A stretch of DNA of 64,000 nt. Origin: Verrucomicrobiota bacterium. Its GTDB lineage: Bacteria > Verrucomicrobiota > Verrucomicrobiia > Limisphaerales > UBA8199. Of this stretch, positions 7,747-15,342 are shown piece after piece. A program made the translations under genes and the position numbers. The notes under the pieces were generated by a model that saw only the letters and a list, made by a program, of their open reading frames with translations, searched no databases and was not told where the DNA came from. Positions within the stretch are counted from its first letter, which is position 1; each line of letters opens with the position of its first letter. The DNA is taken from contig JBEKJO010000012.1 of assembly GCA_050011195.1 (NCBI GenBank), forward strand, positions 895 through 64,894, given 5' to 3'.

Positions 7747-8639
7747 AATTTCCTTTCGGTTGTTTGTTGGCTATCCTCGCTGTTGCGGGGGCCACCCCGG
7801 ATCGCGAGAAAGAGTTTGGCAGCTTCTTCATGCTGCAAAATGTCAACCACGGGGGCGCAAAGATCGGCGCCGACCGAGAGCGCTTCCAGCGCAGAGCGCA
7901 ACTCCGCCGCGGAAACCGGCGCCTCGAACAGGACTTCCAGTTGAGCGGCGCCACCGCTCTCATCCTCGGCGACAATGGCCCGCGCCAGCCTAAGCCGCGC
8001 GTTGGCCGTCAATAGCAAGGCAGAAAGGCCCTCTCGGCCAGGTGTGGGCAACGAGTCCCACGAGGCGAGTTCGGTACTGACCCGCACTGTCCCGGCCTGC
8101 GCTGTGAGCGAGGCTGTGTGCGCACCCCGACGGGTGTCCAGAAGAACGGCACAACGATCAGCCCGCCGCGAAGAGCACTGCCAACCAGCCGCTTCGACCA
8201 GCTTGGCCAAGTCCGGTGGCGCCACCTCGGGGGTAACGGTAACTGGATTTTCATTAGGGTCGAGCGTCAGATGCTGGGCGGCGGCGAACGCCCGGCATGC
8301 CTGGTCGAGCCGCAGGGAAACATTGCTTTCTGCCTCGACGGGGATTTCCGCCCGGAGCGACAAGTCGCTGTCCAGATTGGAGGAGAACTTTACGAGACCC
8401 GTCAAACTGGCGTTGACTTTAAGAAGGTCCCAGCGCGAGGGAGGAGTTCCGGGGGAAAATGTCCCCGCGAGAAGGAGAAACCCATCCCTAAGCTGCACCA
8501 GCAGCGGCGGCGCCGAAGAATCCTTGGGGCGGCCCCGCCAGCGGTCCGGAGCGACCGGCTCCACGGACTCCATTGCGGCCTGCAACGCAGCCTGGCACCG
8601 ACTCGCGTCGGCTACCGTGTGAGACTCGGATGCGATCAT
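7743..8639 (-). CDS. Hypothetical protein (298 aa) with two similar halves, embedded between the E2 and Ubl genes
   Basis: A long ORF translationally coupled at both ends by ATGA overlaps. The two halves share a pattern: LLVQLRDGFLLLAG...LLKVNASLTGLVKF...LSLRAEIPVE versus CAVLLDTRRGAHTASL...LLLTANARLRLARAIV...LEVLFEAPV. I recognise no family. Confidence 0.6.
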   Translation of the reverse strand: MIASESHTVADASRCQAALQAAMESVEPVAPDRWRGRPKDSSAPPLLVQLRDGFLLLAGTFSPGTPPSRWDLLKVNASLTGLVKFSSNLDSDLSLRAEIPVEAESNVSLRLDQACRAFAAAQHLTLDPNENPVTVTPEVAPPDLAKLVEAAGWQCSSRRADRCAVLLDTRRGAHTASLTAQAGTVRVSTELASWDSLPTPGREGLSALLLTANARLRLARAIVAEDESGGAAQLEVLFEAPVSAAELRSALEALSVGADLCAPVVDILQHEEAAKLFLAIRGGPRNSEDSQQTTERKL

Positions 8640-9172
8640 GGCTCACTCGCCTCCTTAACGTCACGAACCTGTGCCAAATAATCTGGCCGTTTCAACGGCC
8701 GGGGGTCTGTGGGGAACCGGCTCTGGTTGTTGCGCGCCCAGGCACAAGCCTCTTTGTTTAAACAGTTGTCTTCCCGGGGATTGAATTTGCGGTACACGAT
8801 AATCTCGAAGATTTGGTAAAGAATATCCACCAGGCCTGTGCCGGGTTGCAACCGGCCGATGCAGATGGCCCCCGCCGGGCCAAGAATATTTGGGTGAAAG
8901 ACGTTCGTCGGACCCAGCCAGGTGAGCACTTCTGGTATCGCGGCCCGTCGAAAGAAGTCGGCGGGAAAGAAAATGCCGACAATGAACAATCCACCTTCGC
9001 CGAGGCGCCCATCGCGGTTCTGGACAACCCCTTTGCAGCGGAACTCGGCGATATATTGTTGTGGGGTCGAACCCGCTGCCGGCATCAGCCTGAGGATGTC
9101 GCTTTTCGCGGCCAGCGCCCGGCCATCGGCGAGCTGACACTCCAAAAAGTTGCTGAATGATTTATCGTTCAT
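8636..9172 (-). CDS. E2-like ubiquitin-conjugating (UBC-fold) protein
   Basis: FIVGIFFPADFF...LTWLGPTNVFHPNILGPAGAICIGRL matches the UBC signature (FP..YP-like flap, HPN triad, catalytic Cys in the ICI/ICL context). ATG 9172 is preceded by GGAG 4 nt upstream and lies 10 nt after the E1 stop. Confidence 0.8.
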   Translation of the reverse strand: MNDKSFSNFLECQLADGRALAAKSDILRLMPAAGSTPQQYIAEFRCKGVVQNRDGRLGEGGLFIVGIFFPADFFRRAAIPEVLTWLGPTNVFHPNILGPAGAICIGRLQPGTGLVDILYQIFEIIVYRKFNPREDNCLNKEACAWARNNQSRFPTDPRPLKRPDYLAQVRDVKEASEP

Positions 9173-9182
9173 GGGACTCCTT

Positions 9183-10277
9183 TTAAGAACGGCCAAGCTC
9201 GAAAAAGTTAATCTGGCGCCGCTCGCCTATGGCAATCACGTCCGCCGGTTGGAGGCCCAGCGCGGACAAAGGATGGGCCAGGTCTCCGGGCGAAAGCGCG
9301 TCGCGAGCAAGGACGTTTGCCAGGCCTGTGCCCGTCGGTGACATGCGCCGGCCACACTTGGCGCAGGCCTGCGCCGCGGCACCGAACCTACCTTTAAGCC
9401 GCAGGACTGACCGCCGCGCACCGCACGAGCAGGCGAGTTCGCGCACAAACAGTTTGCCAGGCACTTCCAAGACGCCGGCGGCCTGGGATTTCGAGTTCGA
9501 GCCGTCTGACCCCAGGGCGAAGGCCTCCGCTACGGTGATTCGCCGTGGGCTCCGGCGTAAAGTGCGGATGTTGAAAGCGCCGTGGTCCAAGCGACACGTC
9601 TCGCGCCGCTCGAGGCGCGTCACGAACAGCTTTCGCGAGAAGGCATCATAGACTAACTCGCGGTTCAGCGATGCCTGGTCGAATTGCCCTGAGAGCAGCC
9701 TGGCGAATTCCGCGGTTTGGAGGCTGGCCGCCAGCGACCCCAGGTATGCCGGCGAATTCGTGGGGGGAGGCGTAAACTCCGGCTGACAAGGATAACTCTG
9801 CTCCGAGGCGTAATCTGCACTGTTCAGGGCGCATTCGTAGCAGGGGGCCTTTTGCCCCTGGGCGAAGGTGGAAATTCGTACCAGCCAAGGCGCGCTGACG
9901 CCCGAGTCTATCCAGAAAGGGATGGCCAGCTTACGGAACGCATAGTTGGCTACCATCCGGGCGCGCTTGGAATCCAAGGCAGTCAACAGGACGTCGCAGC
10001 GAAACAATCCCAACGGCAGATTCTCGATATCGGTAACCAGATGCTCGATTTGAAGCATGGGATTGATCGCTTGCATCATTTCGGCCACAGCTTGTGCCTT
10101 GGGCCGGCCGGCGTCCGCAGGGTGCCAGGCCTGAGTCTTCGTGACCACGTCCCGGTCAATAACCCGCACGCGACCCACGTTTGGGAGCGACGCTACCAGA
10201 AGCCCAAGGAACCTGCCGATCAGGCCGGCCCCGATTTGCAGCAAGTCTATGGGTTTGGAATGGTGGATGTGATTCAT
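9183..10277 (-). CDS. E1-like ThiF/MoeB/UBA-family adenylyltransferase with a C-terminal Cys-rich extension
   Basis: Nucleotide-binding IGAGLIGRFLG, IDRDVV, ALDSKRARMVAN, a CYEC pair and YPC. The C-terminal ~110 aa carries CSC...CAKC. Its ATG overlaps the upstream stop (ATGA). Confidence 0.85.
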   Translation of the reverse strand: MNHIHHSKPIDLLQIGAGLIGRFLGLLVASLPNVGRVRVIDRDVVTKTQAWHPADAGRPKAQAVAEMMQAINPMLQIEHLVTDIENLPLGLFRCDVLLTALDSKRARMVANYAFRKLAIPFWIDSGVSAPWLVRISTFAQGQKAPCYECALNSADYASEQSYPCQPEFTPPPTNSPAYLGSLAASLQTAEFARLLSGQFDQASLNRELVYDAFSRKLFVTRLERRETCRLDHGAFNIRTLRRSPRRITVAEAFALGSDGSNSKSQAAGVLEVPGKLFVRELACSCGARRSVLRLKGRFGAAAQACAKCGRRMSPTGTGLANVLARDALSPGDLAHPLSALGLQPADVIAIGERRQINFFELGRS

Positions 10278-10819
10278 AGACCATTAGGGGACCAACGGAA
10301 GCCAATCTCCGAATCGGTTGATTGATCGCAGAGCGGGCATTGCGTCGTTCCCGGATAACGCCAGCACGGCAATTCCTCCGTTTGGTGGCACCACGCCCCG
10401 CACGCGGGACAGGCGACCGCCAGCGAACCCCGTTCGATCGGCTTTCGGCAGCGGGCACAGAAAATCTCCTGGGCCGCCCCCGGAAAGGCAACGACTTGCG
10501 GCAGACGTTCAGTGGTGAAGTACAGCCGCTGGCCGTTTCCCAGGCGAATCTCATCCCGATCTCGGAGCGTGGTCGAACCCAGCAGTGCCTTGCGACCGTT
10601 CACCCGCAGCCGGCTTTCTGGCGCCACGACCAAGAACCAATGTTCGGTAGATTCATGAACCATGCGCACGAGTAGCTCGCTGGCGATGGGGCTAGTCGGG
10701 GAGTCGGCGCGCCGGATATACGGCTCGGCGGCCGCAAAGCGGTAGGTCGAACCGCCCAGCGGCTGGACCGCCCAGCACTGTCCGCTCTCACTCGTCTTCT
10801 GGATCCAGAGATGCGCCAT
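10274..10819 (-). CDS. FHA-like domain protein with a C-terminal Cys/His-rich (RING/PHD- or double-zinc-ribbon-like) domain; candidate E3
   Basis: The FHA-like core is HWFLVVAPESRLRVNGRKALLGSTTLRDRDEIRLGNGQRLYF. The C-terminus reads CARC-x12-CPAC-x3-CH-x6-C-x8-CPLC. It is the first gene of the co-directional cluster. Confidence 0.65.
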   Translation of the reverse strand: MAHLWIQKTSESGQCWAVQPLGGSTYRFAAAEPYIRRADSPTSPIASELLVRMVHESTEHWFLVVAPESRLRVNGRKALLGSTTLRDRDEIRLGNGQRLYFTTERLPQVVAFPGAAQEIFCARCRKPIERGSLAVACPACGAWCHQTEELPCWRYPGTTQCPLCDQSTDSEIGFRWSPNGL

Positions 10820-10942
10820 AAGAATGCAGTTCTAAATTGTCTTGCTCTATGGAAGCTGTTTTAGGCCCCGCTGCCAAACCACTGAACCTCCTTTTGCGCT
10901 GTCTTTGGCGCAGGGCGAATTGAGCCGCAAATACAGGCCACT

Positions 10943-11719
10943 TCAGCCTCCTCGGGAGCCTTCCTCCCCTGAACCTCCCCGCGCGCCGAGCACTGAATCA
11001 AATAAGCCGGCCCAAAACTTCTCCGGCGGTTCCGCGGCGGCGTCCAGGACTATATTGCTCACGGGAGTCGAAAGACGGTACCCCGCCAGCCTTTGCCCGG
11101 ACTCAATCAGGTTCGGATTGAATCCCCGCTCGCGCAGACGACGGCGCAGCTTGGCTACACACCGATAAATGTCCGATTCGATCGGGTAGGGCCAGCGGCC
11201 GGCCAACAAGCCACCTTCAGCGGTTAATTTGAGGATGATGTCCAGGATGGCTTTGACCGGCAGGAAAGCTGGCAACTGGTTCCTGCCGGCTTTCGACGCT
11301 GTGGCAGCGCACTTCGCCAGCCAGGCCAATATCAAAAGCAGGGTGTGCTCGCGACGGTTAAGTTTAATGGGTGGCTTGGTGTTAATCTTCAGCTCGCGAT
11401 GGTCATTTGTCCCCAACCGCCCACGAATCTCGACCACATCAATGGTGAGGTAGTCGCCGCTACGGATTTGGTCCGGCACGGGCTGGTGGGACACAGACGA
11501 GGAGAGCTGGGGGTGGGTGTCGGCCGCCTCCTTCGTGTTCGCAGGGGAAAGTTCCGGAAAACCGGCAATCAGCTCATCCGGCTTCAGGGAGGGTTTGGCT
11601 GCGGGGTCCGACGGAGCGCTCCCGCCGCGCCGGCAGATGCGTTGCAGGAGCTTGACAGCCAGGCACAGATGCCATAAAGCCAGAGCCGCGAGGGTCTTTG
11701 ATTTGCTTGTGTCAGCCAT
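10943..11719 (-). CDS. Winged-helix (OmpR/PhoB-type C-terminal effector domain) transcriptional regulator without a receiver domain
   Basis: LNRREHTLLLILAW...ESDIYRCVAKLRRRLRERGFNPNLIESGQRLAGYRLS matches the trans_reg_C pattern. ATG 11719 is preceded by GGAGGA about 8 nt upstream. Confidence 0.7.
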   Translation of the reverse strand: MADTSKSKTLAALALWHLCLAVKLLQRICRRGGSAPSDPAAKPSLKPDELIAGFPELSPANTKEAADTHPQLSSSVSHQPVPDQIRSGDYLTIDVVEIRGRLGTNDHRELKINTKPPIKLNRREHTLLLILAWLAKCAATASKAGRNQLPAFLPVKAILDIILKLTAEGGLLAGRWPYPIESDIYRCVAKLRRRLRERGFNPNLIESGQRLAGYRLSTPVSNIVLDAAAEPPEKFWAGLFDSVLGARGGSGEEGSRGG

Positions 11720-12448
11720 GAGTTTTTTCCTCCAGTGTTTTGGGTTATCTTCTCTTGCGGAACCGTGGGGGGATTTTTTTGCACAGCTCGCGCAACCCAC
11801 GACCGATCCCATTCCGCGCAGCGGCCCACTCGCCGCGTCGGAACAACAAGCACCAAGCGTGCAGAATGATTCTGCCCCAGGGGCGCTCCGCCAGCCATAG
11901 TTGCAGCAAAGCCCGCCGCCGGGGCGTAGTGGCACGCCGGTTGCCCAGAAGCGCAACCCCAGGCACACGAGCGGGGCGTCCTCGTTTCATGCTCCCTCCC
12001 CTGCGTCGCGCGCTGGCACATCACTCGCTCCCGAGCTTGACCTCAGGGTTGTTCCGCAGATGCCAGCCTGGTGCTCGTACCGCGGCGGCAAACCCCTGCA
12101 ACGGCAACAAAGCCAAACCGCGCACGATTCCAACAGAGTTGGGGAAGCACCGAACCACGGCCCAACAGCCCCAAGGACGGGGGTGGGAGCGGCTGGCGCT
12201 GGCGCGGGAGATCCCGCGCCACCGAATGGCCCCGGGTGTCGCGCAACCCACGCCGGGGCGCCACCGCGCCGGCGCACCCAGGCGCGACTCAAGGCTACTT
12301 GGCTGGAAGCGCCAGGACGGACTGACCGCGGCAGCGCGGCAACCCGATACCGACCGCCTCGCCGGTGCGCGAAGCCCGAAAGCGGACAGCATGCCGTACC
12401 GCTACGTGAAGGTGCGGCGCCTGTGGGCGGAGCTGCCGCCGTAGGCTC

Positions 12449-12460
12449 GGGGGGGGGGGG
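12449..12460. repeat. Homopolymeric G12 (C12) tract
   Basis: Read directly: ...gtaggctc gggggggggggg tggtag... Confidence 0.9.
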
Positions 12461-12819
12461 TGGTAGTGGGTTCATATAACACTCGGAGTTTAGGGAAGAA
12501 AGCAGTGGCGACAGGAGATCGCCCGGATGGCAACCACAGGGCAGGCATCACCAAGCGAGGGCGAGGCCTAACGGCGGCAAGCGTGTGGCCGGGGGACACG
12601 CGGCGGACACCAAAGCGCAAGAGCCAAGAGCAGGGCCCACCAGAAGGGCCGGCGCGGCCCGGCGGGGCGGGGGTCCGGGGCGGACCCACCCGGCGCGCGG
12701 GCGCGGACGAACGGCGCCTGGCGGACCACCGGCGGAGGCACGACGCAATGTGGCCAGTCATGGTGGCCATGAAATCGCATAGCAGGCCCCCAGTCAATAA
12801 TCCATTCAAAATATTGCTA

Positions 12820-12866
12820 TGTTTGAATATTATATTTATACATGATTTTGTATGAATATTCAAACA
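12820..12866. promoter_or_regulatory. 12-bp perfect inverted repeat (tgtttgaatatt / aatattcaaaca, 23-nt spacer) inside an ~80-bp AT-rich island
   Basis: Read directly. The arms lie at 12820-12831 and 12855-12866, and the surrounding DNA is GC-rich. Confidence 0.6.
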
Positions 12867-13161
12867 GCCGACTCCTTTCCGGGGCCTGGATCCGAGGCGA
12901 AGGGGGCGAGGGCCTTATCGCCGCCCCGCGCGGGGCGCTGGAGGCACCCGCCCGGCTGCCGGACGGTTGGCCTGCTTGATCTAACGCGAGAATGCCTTCT
13001 CCCCCCAGTCCCTGGCGATCCTTCATCTGGCCCATAACCTGCGTTAGAACGCCATATTCATACATAGAGTCAATGTCCGATCCTGGCGAGCGATAAAATA
13101 GGTGGTGTCAGTTGGGGTTTTCTGGTATGCCACTGCGGCTAATGACTGAAGAATTGCTGCG

Positions 13162-13617
13162 ATGAAAATCACGGAAGCTCTATTCGCGGAACATTTGGTG
13201 TTCCACAACATGTTCGATCACATTGAGGCGAGAGCGCCCCGCTTGAAAACGTTGGCTGAAGTCAAATCGCTGGCGGCGCTGATGGAGTCGCTGTTGAAGG
13301 CCCACTCGGACACCGAGGACGAACTGTTTATCGGGCCGCTGGAGCATTGCTTCGAGCAACTCGGCCAGCGGGACGCGTTTCTGGAGGAACACCAGGAGAT
13401 TGACGACAGCCTGAAGAACGTGCAGGAGGCGCGGCAGTTAAAGAAGGCGCGGCAACTGTTGCTGGCGGCGGTGGCCTACTCGCGCAAGCACTTCGACAAG
13501 GAGGAGCGCATTGTTTTTCCCCTCGCCGAACGCGTCCTGAAAAACAAGACGCTGACGACCCTGGGGCACACCTGGATGGAGCAAAGAGCGCGGGGCAGTT
13601 CCGAAAGCGGAGGCTAA
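13162..13617 (+). CDS. Hemerythrin-like HHE cation-binding domain protein
   Basis: Spaced His/Glu/Asp motifs: FAEHLVFHNMFDHIE, HSDTEDELF, EEHQEIDD, HFDKEERIVFP. Confidence 0.75.
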   Translation: MKITEALFAEHLVFHNMFDHIEARAPRLKTLAEVKSLAALMESLLKAHSDTEDELFIGPLEHCFEQLGQRDAFLEEHQEIDDSLKNVQEARQLKKARQLLLAAVAYSRKHFDKEERIVFPLAERVLKNKTLTTLGHTWMEQRARGSSESGG

Positions 13618-14402
13618 CAGCGTTGGGTCGCGAGGGCAGCGGTCACGCCTGCGACGAGCGCAGCCACCCGCACGGCCAACGGGAAATCGGACGGGGCTTC
13701 GAGCGTGTAGGAAAGCCGCGTTTTGTGGGTGATGAGAAAGAACGCTTCCGGCCAATCCGGACGGGAACGCGGATCGACGCTGGGGCGGATGATGCCGTTT
13801 TGGGCGGGCCGGCCTTCGATGACTTCCGCATGGTCGATCGGACACACCTCGCCAACGCGCGCGACCATCGCTTCGGCGAGCGAAGGCTGGTGGTCGGGAT
13901 TCAATTCGTACAAGTAGAATCCGCGCGCCTCCCAGTCCTCGTGGAGGCACAGGCAGAGATCGAAGCGCGGCTGCCGTCTGAGCCACGCGGCATGGGCCAC
14001 GGTCTCGTCGGCCCTAGGCGCGCGGTATTGGCGGTTGAGGTCCAGACCGTCGCGATTTTCCCGGCGGTTCAGCCCGAAGCCGGTTGGGTTCAAGCAGGGG
14101 CACAGCCAGAGGTCCAGCCCTTCCGGCCAGGCATTGTCTTGCAGCAGTTGGCGCGCCGCCAAAGGTCCGGCCGGCTCATCGCCGTGGATGCCGGTGGAAA
14201 GGTAGAGGCGCGGGGCGTGAGGCGTGTTGCGTGAGGTGTGTTGCGTGCAGGGTGTGGCGCGGCGGGTGAAGCCGAGAATGAGTTTCGGGGCCGGGTGAAT
14301 CTCTTCGATGGCCCAGCCGTGGGCTTGAGCGGCCGCGCAGCAGTCATGCAGGACGGCCTCGATTTCAATTCTCTCGCCAGCATAACCCTTGATCGCGGAC
14401 AT
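13614..14402 (-). CDS. M14-family zinc peptidase / succinylglutamate desuccinylase-aspartoacylase-like protein
   Basis: STGIHGDEPAG, CLNPTGFGLNRRENRDGLDLNRQY and CLHEDWE motifs. The start is set at the internal ATG 14402 (MSAIKGY). Confidence 0.75.
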   Translation of the reverse strand: MSAIKGYAGERIEIEAVLHDCCAAAQAHGWAIEEIHPAPKLILGFTRRATPCTQHTSRNTPHAPRLYLSTGIHGDEPAGPLAARQLLQDNAWPEGLDLWLCPCLNPTGFGLNRRENRDGLDLNRQYRAPRADETVAHAAWLRRQPRFDLCLCLHEDWEARGFYLYELNPDHQPSLAEAMVARVGEVCPIDHAEVIEGRPAQNGIIRPSVDPRSRPDWPEAFFLITHKTRLSYTLEAPSDFPLAVRVAALVAGVTAALATQRC

Positions 14403-14602
14403 GGTTGACAAATTAAGCGCTGGGCCGATTGGCGCAAGTGACGAACGGCGGCCTCCTCTCCCTCCCCTTTTCCTCCAAAGGAGGAGAGGGAGATCGAGTC
14501 GTTGACTGGTGGCAGTGTCAAGATGTGGCCGTCCCGCCGGGCGCAACCGATCCACAGTTGTGGCCGTTCAGGCTGAGGCCGCGCGCCGGACGCTGCCGCC
14601 AC

Positions 14603-15184
14603 TCAGTGAATAATGGGTCCCAGAATGTTTCTGCGCGGAACCGGCCCGTAGGTCCGGCTGTCAATGGAGTTCAGCCGATTATCGCCCAAAAGGAAGTACT
14701 GGTCCTTGCCGCACAGGATCAACTGGTCTCGGTATTTCGAGTCGGTGAAGGTCGGCGTGCCCGGAGCCAGATAGGCTTCGTTCAGCTTGCACCCGTTTAC
14801 GTACACGCTTCCGTCTTTCAAGTAGATTGAATCCCCCGGCGCGGCAATGACTCGCTTGACGGAAAAGCCGTTGTCGCTGGGGTCGCGCAGAACCACCACG
14901 TCGCCGTGCCGCGGCGCGTGGAGGTGATAGACCCAGCGGTTCAGGAGATAGCGCTGGGAGTCGTAAAGGGTGGGCACCATGCTGCGGCCAACGACTTTCA
15001 CCGATTGCAGAACAAACTGGCTGATGAAAAAGTAGCTGGCCGTCGCCAGGGCCGCTACGGCCAGAAATTGAACACTCTGCTGGAGGATCGAGCGAGGCTC
15101 GGCCCTGGGTTTGCGTCTGAGAGAGAGCGACGCCGGGCTGGCTGATACCGACCCCGGGGCTGTAGTTGTCAATGCCGTGCTCAT
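14603..15184 (-). CDS. lepB: Signal peptidase I
   Basis: An N-terminal TM segment, then VVGRSMVPTL (catalytic Ser), GDVVVLRDP, VKRVIAAPGD (Lys box) and GDNRLNSIDSRTYGPV. Confidence 0.9.
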   Translation of the reverse strand: MSTALTTTAPGSVSASPASLSLRRKPRAEPRSILQQSVQFLAVAALATASYFFISQFVLQSVKVVGRSMVPTLYDSQRYLLNRWVYHLHAPRHGDVVVLRDPSDNGFSVKRVIAAPGDSIYLKDGSVYVNGCKLNEAYLAPGTPTFTDSKYRDQLILCGKDQYFLLGDNRLNSIDSRTYGPVPRRNILGPIIH

Positions 15185-15342
15185 TAAAGCTCCCCCATTT
15201 TAGCGCGCCAGGCTGACGCCGCAAGTTGTGGAAAATACGCAGCGGGTTACCCGGTCAAGTACGGGCAAGGCATAGCCACCGTCTGAGGTCGAATCACCCG
15301 TGCCGAGGCCGCCCGCTCCCGGTGGTTGCTCTGACCGAAGGG

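Noticed and set aside
1-12000. 20S proteasome alpha/beta subunit genes (PrcA/PrcB) expected near a Pup locus
   Set aside because: I looked for them in all listed ORFs around the Pup-like gene and across the window. None has the Ntn-hydrolase proteasome pattern, and pup abuts the PafA-like gene with a 2-nt gap. They could still exist elsewhere in the genome.
11740-12863. Several 120-230-aa ORFs on both strands in the gene-poor segment (for example 11740..12444 +, 11987..12475 -, 12402..12863 -)
   Set aside because: They overlap one another in all frames, are extremely Arg/Pro/Gly/Ala-rich, have no motifs or ribosome-binding sites, and one runs straight through the AT-rich inverted repeat. I treat them as non-coding or decayed DNA.
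13614-13617. Convergent genes with overlapping or abutting stop codons: hemerythrin / M14 peptidase (CTAA overlap), and TBDR / nikR at 57871-57877 (1 nt apart)
   Set aside because: This is real in the sequence but a common consequence of compact gene packing. It leaves no room for terminators, and there is no evidence of special function.
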